Assembly: GCA_964631415.1 (NCBI GenBank)
Contig: CAZVZC010000008.1
Coordinates: forward strand, 1 to 56,705
Source: an uncultured archaeon
GTDB taxonomy: Archaea > Asgardarchaeota > Thorarchaeia > Thorarchaeales > Thorarchaeaceae
Length of the DNA: 56,705 nt
Reading direction: 5' to 3'
Shown: positions 17,588-28,101 of the stretch, in pieces
Layout: each line of letters opens with the position of its first letter
Position numbering within the stretch: the stretch's first letter is position 1
Position numbers and translations under genes: made by a program
Notes under the pieces: generated by a model
The model's input: the letters and a program-made list of their open reading frames with translations, nothing else
The model's database searches: none
What the model was told of the DNA's origin: nothing

Positions 17588-18457
17588 CTAGAACTTGCCA
17601 GCCTGTCCGGGCACTGACTCCCGGGGCACGAGAGTGAGAGCATCATAGTTGCATGCGTGTCTGCATACACCACATCCAAAGCATTTGTCGTGGTTGACTA
17701 TTACCTTCTTGATTGATGGAAGATATCGGAGAGCTCCGAACTGACACATCTTAACACAGTTCTTGCAGCCTTGGCACTTGTCGCGGTCAAGCGTGACGAC
17801 GTATTCGCCTTTGTAGACGACCCTGAGGCCGAAGTCGTTCCTGAGGCGCAAGCCCCCACACTCCGGGCTCTCGCATGAACAGATTGCATTGATATAGGGC
17901 ACTGGCTGGAACCAGACAGACGCCACGTATCCTCTCTTATTCTGCTCCTCCAGGGCTGCAATGGCCTCCTCCCTGTCCAGCTGCCACTTCTGATCGACCG
18001 GGATGTATCTTGTGAGCTTCGGTATTATCTGACTCAGACAGCCGAAGTTGATACACACGGCGTCCTTCACCCCTCTCTGCATCCACCTGCACACACAGTA
18101 GTTCTTTATGATAGGCTCAGCCGCTAAGTTGCCGATAATATGCTGAGCGTCCTCGAGGGGGATTACCTGTCCAAAGTGACCATCGGCTCTTACGGGGTTC
18201 CGTCCAGGTTTCTCACTGTGTATCTGCCGCTCGGCAGCCCATCGAAGAAAACGTCCCATAAGCGGCATCTGCATCTTGTACCCGAGACCAATGGAACTGA
18301 ACCCCATGATCTTGCGAATGAACAGGGTTTCCATGTTCTTCCACTGTTCTTCGAGGTACGCCTGCATGTTGTACTCGTCAGCGAGCTCATAGGAGTAGTT
18401 CCTGGCGTTCATGTACCACTTGCCGCCTGCTCCGTGCTTCATACACCAATCACACAA
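17588..18457 (-). CDS. 4Fe-4S binding protein with Cys-rich N-terminal domain
   Basis: MCDWC, CVCR, ICSC..C, CQGCKNCVKMC, CFGCGVCRHAC. Confidence 0.85.
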   Translation of the reverse strand: MCDWCMKHGAGGKWYMNARNYSYELADEYNMQAYLEEQWKNMETLFIRKIMGFSSIGLGYKMQMPLMGRFLRWAAERQIHSEKPGRNPVRADGHFGQVIPLEDAQHIIGNLAAEPIIKNYCVCRWMQRGVKDAVCINFGCLSQIIPKLTRYIPVDQKWQLDREEAIAALEEQNKRGYVASVWFQPVPYINAICSCESPECGGLRLRNDFGLRVVYKGEYVVTLDRDKCQGCKNCVKMCQFGALRYLPSIKKVIVNHDKCFGCGVCRHACNYDALTLVPRESVPGQAGKF

Positions 18458-18705
18458 TGTGAATCACCCAGTCAGTTCGTCCGTGAAGAGGAAGTCGCGT
18501 CGATTATGTTATTTAAGGGTCACGAGAAGAACGACAACCAGTTCGACAAAAGACTGTTTTTGAGCAGAATCACGTAGGGCTAGGCGTTAACCTTTCAGTC
18601 CAACGTGATTTCCTCGTGCCTCTATTGGCGCTCGGATTTGTTGCCCCTTTTATTGCATGCCATGACACGCTATTGCAGCTCGGACCTAGATAGAGGACGG
18701 AATCT

Positions 18706-19377
18706 ATGCAGCTCATCTTTGACACGGCAGTCATCGCTAACCTGGCAACGGCTGCGTTCTCAGCAGTGCTCTCCCTGTACCTACTCGCACTCTGGTTCAG
18801 ACAGAAGAACCATCTCTATACAGATTTGCCCCTGATGTTCGGTATCACGTTCATGGCTCAGGCATTCAACACCCTGATTCGGACACTGCCACTCATTGGT
18901 GTGGTCGAGATGTCGTTGAACCTCTTTCGTCTACGAACACTCGTGATCATGGGAACAGCCTTCCCATTACTGGTTGTTGCTTTGCACATCTGGCTACCCA
19001 GAGCACGCAGGTATCATCCCAAAATAGCTGGGGTACTCGCGGTCTACTGGATTCTTGTTGCATTGTTCGGACCCTCAGAAGCGGTGATCATGCTGCTATG
19101 TATCCCGGTCGTCCTAGTACTTAGTGTAACAATGATTGTCACCTTCATGATCACTTGGAAGACGAACAGGCTGAAAGAGGTCAGGAGCGACCTGATGGTC
19201 CTCTCATTCGTGCTGGGCTTCGTGAGCCAGTTGGTGGCGAGCCAAGTGATTCTCAACAACGTGCTCATCACACTCGGGACTGTCTTCTCGACCCTTGGAC
19301 TGACCAATCCATGGTTCAGACGAAGGCACATTCCTCTTGCCATGTCGCCCGAATCAGTTGAGCCTCCAGTGGTCTAG
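18706..19377 (+). CDS. Polytopic (about 7 TM) membrane protein of unknown function
   Basis: Consecutive hydrophobic segments; SD GAGG before the ATG. Confidence 0.75.
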   Translation: MQLIFDTAVIANLATAAFSAVLSLYLLALWFRQKNHLYTDLPLMFGITFMAQAFNTLIRTLPLIGVVEMSLNLFRLRTLVIMGTAFPLLVVALHIWLPRARRYHPKIAGVLAVYWILVALFGPSEAVIMLLCIPVVLVLSVTMIVTFMITWKTNRLKEVRSDLMVLSFVLGFVSQLVASQVILNNVLITLGTVFSTLGLTNPWFRRRHIPLAMSPESVEPPVV

Positions 19378-19403
19378 ACCTAGGAAACGAATGGAGGAAG
19401 ACT

Positions 19404-20372
19404 GTGATGAGTGCGGTCGAAACTGTTGTGAGCAGTGTTGTCACTGTAAAGAGCTCGAAGCATTTCTGGTCACGGGCTGGACTACTGCGACTAGCAGGGC
19501 TCATGTTAGCCATAGCCATCGCGTGGCGGGTAGTCGACATCTTTGTACTGAGATTGGGAGAAACTTGGGTGAACATATTGCCGTCCAAGATCTTCCCGTT
19601 CCTCATCATGGCAGCGCTCTTCTGGAAGTACCGACCTGGAGAGATTGGTACAGTCCTTGGGCTGAACAGACGACAGTTCAGACTGCAGCTAGTACTTGGG
19701 CTCTTGGTCGGCTGCTCGATGTATCTCCTGCTTGATGTCATCCCCACGGTGATTTACGGGACATTCTTTGATGCATCGTATCCTCTGAACCTAAACATCC
19801 TCTTCATTGACATTCTCTGGTACCAATTCCTGTTCTTCTTCACAAACGCGCTTCTAGAGGAGTCTCTATTTCGCGGTCTTATTCAGAATGGCCTAAGGTC
19901 GATTCTCACTCCCAATAGAGCGATACTCCTGTCAGCGATTGTGTTCGGCCTCTGGCACGTCGCTTGGCCAATCGTGAAAGGGCTATATGGAGAGTTCTCG
20001 CCGTCCGAAGCTGCGGCCATGCTCTTGTTCGCGGGAGTGGTGGGGCTGTTCTTTGGTACGTACTACGAGAAGTTCAGCTCAAGAGCGACACTCACAGGGC
20101 CAATCATTGCCCACACTCTGATTAACTTCCTCAATGAATGCATCAAAGTTGGTCCAGACCCCAGCGTGCAGGGCCCTGATATCACCTTCAAGAGCCCAGT
20201 GCTTCTTGCAATCACCTTCTTGTTCCTCGTAGTGACGCTGGGAGTGTTTACAAAGCTTGCATGGTCGCGCAGAACAGAAGATGTGGAGTCAATTTGGGCA
20301 CAGCTCAGAGAGAGAGAGAGTGAGATTCTGTGTCAGTTCAGACTGCTGCTGCACATTGGGTCCCCGCAATGA
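19404..20372 (+). CDS. CPBP (CAAX/Abi) intramembrane metalloprotease
   Basis: EESLFRG, FGLWH, AHTLIN. Confidence 0.9.
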   Translation: MMSAVETVVSSVVTVKSSKHFWSRAGLLRLAGLMLAIAIAWRVVDIFVLRLGETWVNILPSKIFPFLIMAALFWKYRPGEIGTVLGLNRRQFRLQLVLGLLVGCSMYLLLDVIPTVIYGTFFDASYPLNLNILFIDILWYQFLFFFTNALLEESLFRGLIQNGLRSILTPNRAILLSAIVFGLWHVAWPIVKGLYGEFSPSEAAAMLLFAGVVGLFFGTYYEKFSSRATLTGPIIAHTLINFLNECIKVGPDPSVQGPDITFKSPVLLAITFLFLVVTLGVFTKLAWSRRTEDVESIWAQLRERESEILCQFRLLLHIGSPQ

Positions 20373-20522
20373 ATCTCGAACGTTGTTCAGCTTGGGCGTG
20401 CCCTCACATCAGTTTCCTGTGATTCCTGTTTCATCTGCTCAATCAGATGGTCGATTGGTGTGACAAGTAACGACACCAATCAGACTGGCACATAGCAAGG
20501 CGCTCTTGACAGGCGTAACTGT

Positions 20523-21101
20523 TCACTCCTTGAAGATCTCTGTTTCGGTGAAGGTAGGCCACCAAGACGGGTCTGTCTCTCCCATGAACAACGTCTTGCT
20601 GAACCTGATTAAGTACTCCAAGACTGCACCCATTGACACTCGGTCCGTGACATCAAGCGCCTTCGGGTGCCAGACAGAAACCGGCGCCCAACTGTCTGTC
20701 GTGATCTCGGCAGCTAGCCGCTGCTCCTGTTCTTTCTCAAGCTTAAGGGCTGAGAAGACATCGATAGTCAGGTACTTCTTGACCTGCGCATACAGGACCA
20801 TTGGCAGCTTCTTCTTCCCTCCGGCACCATCTGGAATGAAGGAGCGAAAAGCGAACGCATCTCCCTTAAGCGGTTTCTCACCCGCAGCGGTCGTGTATGA
20901 CCCTCTCAGTATCTTGCCTTGTCTGTATTCGCCAATCAAATCAGTGGGCCATTTCGCCTTGCGCCACTTTTTGAAATCCTTGCCAGAAATCCAAGACTCT
21001 TTCCACTTGTCGAAGAGCTGGGAGTCAAGAGGAATAGAGGACTCGAGCTTGACTTCCTCTCTTGCCTTTCCTTCTGGTTCAACCATCATCTTTGTCTTCA
21101 T
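20523..21101 (-). CDS. Hypothetical protein
   Basis: Protein-like composition; GGTGA SD-like motif upstream; no recognised motif. Confidence 0.65.
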   Translation of the reverse strand: MKTKMMVEPEGKAREEVKLESSIPLDSQLFDKWKESWISGKDFKKWRKAKWPTDLIGEYRQGKILRGSYTTAAGEKPLKGDAFAFRSFIPDGAGGKKKLPMVLYAQVKKYLTIDVFSALKLEKEQEQRLAAEITTDSWAPVSVWHPKALDVTDRVSMGAVLEYLIRFSKTLFMGETDPSWWPTFTETEIFKE

Positions 21102-21294
21102 GCACTAGTCCTCGCCACGACTCACCGGCATTCTTCAGCTAGAAAAAAGAACTGATAAAACTTGTCACTGACCGCTGCATATCCAAGCGCCTATTTCCAT
21201 GGGATAGCATGTCTTGTCACTACATGTGACGGATTCGATTGGCAGACAAAAGAAGTGAGAAGAGAGCCTTGCTAGGCCCTCTCCAGTATTGAGT

Positions 21295-23295
21295 CTATTG
21301 TACACGTTCCTTGACAAGGGTATCCACAACGGACGGGTCTGCAAGAGTCGTCGTATCACCGATGTCCTTGATTTCGCCTGAAGCGATCTTCTTCAGAATG
21401 CGCCTCATGATCTTTCCGGAACGAGTCTTCGGCAAGCTGTCTGCAAACTGGATCTTGTCAGGAGTGGCAATGGGGCCAATCTCTTTGCGGATATGCTGTC
21501 GGAGTTCTTCCTTCAGCTTGTCACTCTTCTGGATACCTGTCTTCAGTGTCACAAAGGCATAGATTGCCTCGCCCTTGACATCGTGTGGGAAGCCGACGAC
21601 AGCAGACTCTGCGACTGCAGGATGGCTGACGAATGCTGACTCTATCTCAGCAGTCCCCAGTCTGTGACCGCTGACTTTCAAGACGTCGTCAACTCGACCC
21701 ATGATGAAGTAGTAACCGTCCTCATTGAACCTAGCCCCGTCACCAGTGAAGTACACTGGCAGCCCAGTCTTCTGATCCTTGTATTGGGCCCAGTAGGTCG
21801 ATATGAAGCGCTCGTGGTTCCCATATACGGTCCTCATAAGAGCGGGCCAAGGCTTCTTGATACAGAGGTACCCACCCTCGTTGGCTCCGACTGGCTTGCC
21901 TTCTTCCGACACGATCAACGGATCGATCCCGAAGTATGGCAGAGTGGCAGAACCCGGAATCGTCGGAGTGGCAGCAGGCAATGGAGTAATGCATATCCCG
22001 CCTGTTTCTGTTTGCCACCAGGTGTCAACTATCGGGCATTTCTCTCTGCCAATGTTGGTGTAGTACCACATCCACGCCTCAGGGTTGATTGGCTCTCCCA
22101 CTGTTCCGAGCAGTCTGATGCTCGAGAGGTCGTGCTTCTTGATCGGTTCCTCACCAAACTTCATGAGGGCACGTAGAGCCGTAGGCGCAGTGTAGAACTC
22201 GTTGACCTTGTACTTCTCGCATATTTGCCAGAACCGGTCATTGTCCGGGTAAGTTGGAATCCCCTCGAACATCAGAGTGGTCGCACCTGCACAGAGTGGG
22301 CCATAGACGATGTAGCTGTGACCAGTGACCCAGCCGATGTCAGCAGTGCACCAGTAGATGTCACCCGGATGCCAGTCGAAGATATCCAAGAACGACTTGG
22401 CACAGTAGACCATGTAGCCGCCTGTTGTGTGGAGAACACCCTTTGGCTTGCCGGTGGAACCAGAGGTGTACAGGACGTACAGAGGGTCCTCCGCGTTCAC
22501 CCACTCAGTTTCGCACTTGGGGGATGCCTTTGCCATCAGCTCGTGGTACCACTCGTCGCGCCCCTTGGTCCACTTGATTTCGACTCCAGTCCTCTTAACA
22601 ACAAGGACCTTCTCTACTGTAGGCGTGTCTTTGAGAGAGATGTCTGCATTGTCCTTGAGAGGGAACACCTTTCCGCTCCTGTAGCTGCCATCGGCGGTTA
22701 TGAGCACTTTTGACTTGCAGTCGTCAATCCTCTCTCTGAGAGCATCAGAGCTGAAGCCGCCAAACACTATACTGTGAACAGCACCGATTCGTGTGCATGC
22801 AACCATTGAGATTGCCAGCTCGGGAATCATGGGCAGGTAAATGGACACCCTGTCGCCCTTCTTGACTCCAAGTGACTTCAGGACATTCGCGAGCTTGTTC
22901 ACCTGATCACGCAGCTGCTCATAGGTGAAGATTGCTGAGTCCGTTTCGGGCTCACCCTGCCAGATGAGGGCGGTCTGCTTCCCTTTGCCGGCCTCTATGT
23001 TTTTGTCCAGACAGTTGTAGGCCATGTTAGTAATGCCGTCCTCGAACCAAGTGAAGCGGGCGCCTTTCGGATCCTTCCAGTCGAACCCCTTGGTCGGGAC
23101 TTTCTTCCAGTAACAGTACTTCTTTGCAATGTCGAGCCAAAACTTGTCAGGATTCTTCATCGACTCTTCCCAGAGCTTCTTTCGTTCCTCGGCAGACTTG
23201 ATGTATGCCTTGTCTACGAAGCTCTTCGGAGGCGAGAACTTCCTGTGCTCGTGGCTCGTGACTGTAATTTTCTTCTCAATGGACAAGGTCGTCAC
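21295..23295 (-). CDS. acs: AMP-forming acetyl-CoA synthetase
   Basis: [37 protein letters not shown]. Confidence 0.97.
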   Translation of the reverse strand: MTTLSIEKKITVTSHEHRKFSPPKSFVDKAYIKSAEERKKLWEESMKNPDKFWLDIAKKYCYWKKVPTKGFDWKDPKGARFTWFEDGITNMAYNCLDKNIEAGKGKQTALIWQGEPETDSAIFTYEQLRDQVNKLANVLKSLGVKKGDRVSIYLPMIPELAISMVACTRIGAVHSIVFGGFSSDALRERIDDCKSKVLITADGSYRSGKVFPLKDNADISLKDTPTVEKVLVVKRTGVEIKWTKGRDEWYHELMAKASPKCETEWVNAEDPLYVLYTSGSTGKPKGVLHTTGGYMVYCAKSFLDIFDWHPGDIYWCTADIGWVTGHSYIVYGPLCAGATTLMFEGIPTYPDNDRFWQICEKYKVNEFYTAPTALRALMKFGEEPIKKHDLSSIRLLGTVGEPINPEAWMWYYTNIGREKCPIVDTWWQTETGGICITPLPAATPTIPGSATLPYFGIDPLIVSEEGKPVGANEGGYLCIKKPWPALMRTVYGNHERFISTYWAQYKDQKTGLPVYFTGDGARFNEDGYYFIMGRVDDVLKVSGHRLGTAEIESAFVSHPAVAESAVVGFPHDVKGEAIYAFVTLKTGIQKSDKLKEELRQHIRKEIGPIATPDKIQFADSLPKTRSGKIMRRILKKIASGEIKDIGDTTTLADPSVVDTLVKERVQ

Positions 23296-23410
23296 CCGGT
23301 GGGTCTGATAGTTTGGGCGCCGACCAATAATATACGGATATAAGGCTTGTCCAAAAACCTCTCTTGACCGAGGTTACGACGCTTACTGACGGGAGGGGCT
23401 ACACCGACAT

Positions 23411-23459
23411 AGAAGAGAAGAAAGAGAGGCCATCAGGCATGTGATGCCCTCTGACCTCT
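23411..23459 (-). terminator. Hairpin plus pyrimidine tract after the MFS gene
   Basis: Minus strand AGAGGTCA-GA-GGGCAT-CAC-ATGCCT-GA-TGGCCTCT-CTTTCTTCTCTTCT. Confidence 0.55.
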
Positions 23460-23470
23460 GACTCGAAACA

Positions 23471-24751
23471 CTACTTCCTCTTCTTTAGGACTCGCTTCAA
23501 TGCAAAGGTAAGGAGAGCAGCTATAACAGCAAGAATACCGGTTATCAGGAAAGCCACCATGTAGCTTCCCGTCCAGCCCACAAAGAGCCCAGCGACCAAG
23601 CCGCCCAGAATGCCGGCAATGCCATAGGATGTGAAGACCACACCATAGTTCTTGCCGACGTTCTTGGAACCGTAGAGATCAGCAGTTGCAGACGGGAACA
23701 GTGAAAAGTTGCCCCCAAAGCAAAAACCAACCAAAGAGGCGACCGCCATCACCGCGATCCAGCTGATGCTGATAGTCGACATGTAGGAGAAGATGAACAT
23801 TGCAGCAGCAAGAAGGCTGAACATACATAGCATTGTGTTCTCGCGGCCCATACGGTCAGAAACTGCGCCCCAAACGATTCGTCCACCAGCATTGCACAAC
23901 GACATGACACCGACAATCAGCACGGCCCATTCCGCTGCGGCAGGATCAATCACTATGGCCGCAGTCTTTACATTCCCAATTGTCATCAAACCTGCCGTAG
24001 CAGCAAGGACGAACATTGTCCATAGAAGCCAGAAACCGCCAGTGCGAATCATTTGTCCGGGCATGATGCTCAGACCCTTGCCATCAGCAGTAGTCGTAGG
24101 GGGGGTATAGCCGGGGCATGTCCACCCGGGAGGAGGATTCTTCAGAACCTGAGCACCGACTGTGACACCGATGAGATAGACAACGCCCAATATGAGGAAA
24201 GGCCCCCCGATTGAGGCAGTGGCAGGTGCTTGGAATAGTCCAAGGAGAGTCTGTTCTGCGTAACCAATGACCAAGGCGCCAGCACCGAATCCAGCTACAG
24301 CGATACCTGTGATTGTGCCTTTCTTGTCAGGGAACCACTTCACAAGGGATGCTATCGGGCAGACGTACCCAAAGCCAATGCCCGCCCCACCAATGATTCC
24401 GTAGGTAAGAATCAAGTACAAGGCGCCCACGGTGACATCGCCGGCAGCCACTATGTCAACCAGCCACGCGAGTATGTAGCCAGCACCCAGAAGAACACCG
24501 CCGAAGGTGGCCACTTTTCGAGGACCAACTCGGTCTTGCCATCTGCCAGCGAAAACCATGAAGAAAGCAAATGACGCAAGACCTGCTGCGAAAGGCAACT
24601 GTGTCAGTAGTGTTGGCCAGTGATACACACCGGATGCTGCTCCGAGTGCAGTCTGGAAGAACGACCAAGCATAAATGCTGCCGAGGCAGACTTGAATCAG
24701 CAGACCGCCAAGTACAACGACGTAGCGATTGCCCACCTTTGTTTCTGACAT
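23471..24751 (-). CDS. OFA-family MFS transporter (monocarboxylate/oxalate-formate antiporter-like)
   Basis: GSIYAWSFF, VKWFPDKKG, GRIVWGAVSDRMGR; about 12 TM. Confidence 0.9.
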   Translation of the reverse strand: MSETKVGNRYVVVLGGLLIQVCLGSIYAWSFFQTALGAASGVYHWPTLLTQLPFAAGLASFAFFMVFAGRWQDRVGPRKVATFGGVLLGAGYILAWLVDIVAAGDVTVGALYLILTYGIIGGAGIGFGYVCPIASLVKWFPDKKGTITGIAVAGFGAGALVIGYAEQTLLGLFQAPATASIGGPFLILGVVYLIGVTVGAQVLKNPPPGWTCPGYTPPTTTADGKGLSIMPGQMIRTGGFWLLWTMFVLAATAGLMTIGNVKTAAIVIDPAAAEWAVLIVGVMSLCNAGGRIVWGAVSDRMGRENTMLCMFSLLAAAMFIFSYMSTISISWIAVMAVASLVGFCFGGNFSLFPSATADLYGSKNVGKNYGVVFTSYGIAGILGGLVAGLFVGWTGSYMVAFLITGILAVIAALLTFALKRVLKKRK

Positions 24752-24916
24752 GAAGCACTCACCAACTGTGTGTCGAGTATCGTGGGCGGCACCTACACCA
24801 ACTAAAAGGCTTGCGCCAATCGTGCGGCGCCCAGTTAGGTGGCTTTGACTCGTTCCACTTGGAAAGCTCTATATGTCGTCTGAACTGGATATCCGAGAAG
24901 GCCTGACGGTGAGCCT

Positions 24917-26803
24917 ATGGTAGCTGCAAAATGGACAGAGAGGTACAAGAAACAGGTGTTGAGTGCACCTGACGCCATCAGGAAGATCAAGAGAGGAACC
25001 CGAATCTTCCTAGGGACAGGCTGTGGCGTCCCCTACCATCTTGTACAGGAACTGGCAAACAGTGCAAGCAGGATGGCTGATAATGAGATTGTGCATCTGC
25101 TGACCCTAGGAGACACACCGTCCGCCGACCCACAGTTTCAGGCACAGTTCAGGCACAATTCATTCTTCATCTACGACAACATGAGAGATGCCGTTTCTGA
25201 CGGACGTGCAGACTACACACCCATAATGCTCTCAGACATACCTCAACTGTTCAAGTCAAAGAGGATGCCTCTAGATGTGGCACTCGTGCAGGTGAGCCCG
25301 CCAGATGACCACGGCTACTGCTCTCTCGGCATCTCTGTCGACATAACCAAGTCTGCTGCCGATTGTGCAGACCTTGTCATTGCCCAAGTCAATGAGAACA
25401 TGCCAATCACGCACGGAGACTCCTTCATCAATGTGAGGGACATTGACTATCTGGTCCCTTTCGATGAACCACTTCGCGAGTTCGAGTCTGCAGAGGTCGA
25501 CAAGAACATCGACCTCATTGGCTCTTATGTGGCCAGACTGATTGAGAATGAGTCTACGCTTGAACTTGGTATTGGTGCATTGCCCCAGGCTGTATGCAGC
25601 AACCTGCTCGAAACTGGTGTCAAAGACTTGGGTGTACATACTGAGATGTTCAGTGATAGCCTTCTGCCTCTGATTGATAATGGTGTGGTCACCTGCAAGA
25701 AGAAGACCCTGCACAGAGGCAAAGTGATTGCCAGCTTTGCAATGGGTTCAAAGAAGCTGTATGACTACATCGACAACAACCCGTTTTTCGAGTTTCACCC
25801 GAGTGAATATGTCAACGACCCCTATGTAATTGGTCAGAATCGAAGGATGGTCGCTATCAACTCTGCCCTTGAAATAGATCTCACCGGCCAAGTGTGTGCC
25901 GACTCCATCGGTCACAGATTCTACAGTGGTATCGGGGGACAAGTCGACTTCATCAGAGGAGCGACAAAATCAGTGGACGGGAAAGCAGTAATCTGCATGC
26001 AGTCCACTGCCATGGACGGCCAGGTTTCGCGGATTGTACCCCGGCTCAGTGAGGGGGCAGGCGTTGTCACTACTAGAGGCGATGTGGACATAGTCATCAC
26101 CGAGTATGGTCTTGCTGTGCTCCATGGTAAGACTATACGTGAACGCGTGCTCTCGCTTATAGCCGTCGCACATCCTGATTTCAGAAACCAGCTTCTTGAA
26201 GCGGCCAAGAAGATGCACTATGTCTTTGAGGACCAAGTACCGTTCCTAGTGCGTGGAACGTACTTCGCCTCAGAGTTTGAAGTGCAGGAGTCATTCAAGG
26301 GTCCAGACGGCCCCATCACAATCAGATTCCGGTTGATACGCCCGGATGATGCTGATAGAATAAAGGACCTGTTCTACGATCTCAGCGAGGAGAGCATATA
26401 CTTCCGCTTTCTGACCCCACTGAAGAGCCTGCGTCGTCAGACCCTTCAGGACTTCTATGCTGTCGACCAAGACCGCGACATATCTCTGGTTGCAGTCGTC
26501 AGGACAGATGATGAAAGCGAAAACGAGAAAATCATCGGAGCAGGAAGGTATCTGTTGAACAGGAGCACCAATCAGGCAGAGTTTGCACTCCTTGTGCAGG
26601 ATGAGTACCAGAACAGAGGGATAGGTTCGTTCTTGTTGAGCCAGCTCATGCGCATTGCCAAGAGCAAGGGTGTTGATGCGTTCATCGCATATGTGCATCC
26701 ATCAAACAGGAAGATGATAGCATTCATTCACAAGACCGGCAAGGTCGTTGAGAGCAAGCTGAGCCTTCAGAATGATGAGTACATATTCACTCTGAAACTG
26801 TGA
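24917..26803 (+). CDS. Acetyl-CoA hydrolase/CoA-transferase fused to a C-terminal GNAT acetyltransferase
   Basis: LGIGALP, HTEMFSD, GIGGQVDF; GNAT part LSEESIYFRF, AEFALLVQDEYQNRGIG. Confidence 0.9.
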   Translation: MVAAKWTERYKKQVLSAPDAIRKIKRGTRIFLGTGCGVPYHLVQELANSASRMADNEIVHLLTLGDTPSADPQFQAQFRHNSFFIYDNMRDAVSDGRADYTPIMLSDIPQLFKSKRMPLDVALVQVSPPDDHGYCSLGISVDITKSAADCADLVIAQVNENMPITHGDSFINVRDIDYLVPFDEPLREFESAEVDKNIDLIGSYVARLIENESTLELGIGALPQAVCSNLLETGVKDLGVHTEMFSDSLLPLIDNGVVTCKKKTLHRGKVIASFAMGSKKLYDYIDNNPFFEFHPSEYVNDPYVIGQNRRMVAINSALEIDLTGQVCADSIGHRFYSGIGGQVDFIRGATKSVDGKAVICMQSTAMDGQVSRIVPRLSEGAGVVTTRGDVDIVITEYGLAVLHGKTIRERVLSLIAVAHPDFRNQLLEAAKKMHYVFEDQVPFLVRGTYFASEFEVQESFKGPDGPITIRFRLIRPDDADRIKDLFYDLSEESIYFRFLTPLKSLRRQTLQDFYAVDQDRDISLVAVVRTDDESENEKIIGAGRYLLNRSTNQAEFALLVQDEYQNRGIGSFLLSQLMRIAKSKGVDAFIAYVHPSNRKMIAFIHKTGKVVESKLSLQNDEYIFTLKL

Positions 26804-26845
26804 GCTCTGTCACCAATCAGATACTGGCCTATCATGAGAAGGAGT

Positions 26846-26952
26846 TGGTGGGCGCGACGCGATTTGAACGCGCGATCTACGCCTTATCAGAGCGTCGCAT
26901 TGACCAGACTAGCTGCAGGCGGCTTGCCATACAGCGCCTATGCTACGCGCCC
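26846..26952 (-). tRNA. tRNA-Ile(GAT) with about 29-nt intron in the D-loop (approx. 26907-26935)
   Basis: GGGCGCG/CGCGCCC acceptor; ACGCT-CTGATAA-GGCGT arm; D-stem GCAT/ATGC interrupted by a hairpin insert; ACCA. Confidence 0.88.
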
Positions 26953-27030
26953 AGTTACTTTGAGCCTACGCGCTCCAGAGGCGCTAGACTGTGAACGTGA
27001 TTTAAACATTATGACAGCAAGGCCCTTCTA

Positions 27031-27918
27031 TCACTTCAAAGCCTCTGGAACAACCGCTCGTATCTTCGCCAGTGATTCCTTTGCCTCAGCTGCTGTCAAC
27101 TCGAACACTACAGGACCATTGAACCTGTCCTTTACAAGCTCCTTCAGGAACTCCCTGACCGGCATAGCTCCACGGCCAAGGGCCATATGGTCTCTATGAA
27201 CTACGCTTTCGCCGAGCTTTTCGTAGCTACCATCGTGCAGATGAATCTCGACAATCCTATCACGATGCCGTTTGTAGAACTCCAACACCGATTCGTCGCC
27301 AGAGTACCGTGTCAATAGATGACCTGTGTCAAAGCAGATGCTGGTGTTGTACTGGTCTACCAGGTCCCGTGTGACCTCAAACGGGAACTCTACGTTTTCA
27401 ATCGCGACCTTGCGTGGATCAATCTCTGTCCTAGCAAGGATCTCTTCTATGCTCTTGGCGGCACATGAGGCCATGTAGCCAGATATCAGCAGGACCATGC
27501 TCTTCGGAAGCTTCAATCTTGAGAACTCGGCAGCCAAAGCGCCTGTTGCGTGGAAGACATAGACCTCTGGCTGGAGTGGTTTGGCCAGCTCAATAGATTC
27601 CACAGTGCTCTCAACACTGCCCTTCCTAACATGTTCATTGAATGTCGAGAGCTCAAGCGACCAGATTGGAAGGTGCACTGTGTAAGCATGCTTCAGTTCG
27701 TCCTTGAGCTTGACCATCTTCTCTATGGACTGTTGAGTGAGTGATCCCGGGATTACATGTTCGATGTCCATCGTCACCTCAATCAAGCCAATATGCTCAA
27801 TCTGGAGAGCCGAACGAATCAAGCTAGAGATACTGAACCTTGAGAAATCCGCTACACCGTTCACGACTATCTGCTCGATAATGGGCTTGAACTCAAGTGG
27901 CACGATGCCGAATCTCAT
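27031..27918 (-). CDS. TIM-barrel AP-endonuclease-2/sugar phosphate isomerase family (CbiR-like)
   Basis: TVHLP, VFH, IENV, FDTGH, IHLHD..DH..LG, VFE. Confidence 0.8.
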   Translation of the reverse strand: MRFGIVPLEFKPIIEQIVVNGVADFSRFSISSLIRSALQIEHIGLIEVTMDIEHVIPGSLTQQSIEKMVKLKDELKHAYTVHLPIWSLELSTFNEHVRKGSVESTVESIELAKPLQPEVYVFHATGALAAEFSRLKLPKSMVLLISGYMASCAAKSIEEILARTEIDPRKVAIENVEFPFEVTRDLVDQYNTSICFDTGHLLTRYSGDESVLEFYKRHRDRIVEIHLHDGSYEKLGESVVHRDHMALGRGAMPVREFLKELVKDRFNGPVVFELTAAEAKESLAKIRAVVPEALK

Positions 27919-28101
27919 GAGCCATCTGCTCCTGTAGTGCTAGGTGTTTCTGGCGTTATTCATTCTGATATCTGTTCTGGATTGCCGCCCTTGCGGCTAA
28001 CAAGCCTGCACCAGGGCAACTAGAGAAAGCCAAAGTGATTTCGACACACGCACTCGCCCATCGGCTTATTAACGCGCCAGAGAGTCTTTTGGCCCGCCTC
28101 C

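Noticed and set aside
23411-23459. SECIS-like hairpin with tandem GA pairs
   Set aside because: Upper helix is only 6 bp, there is no apical AA and no in-frame TGA selenoprotein nearby; better explained as a terminator
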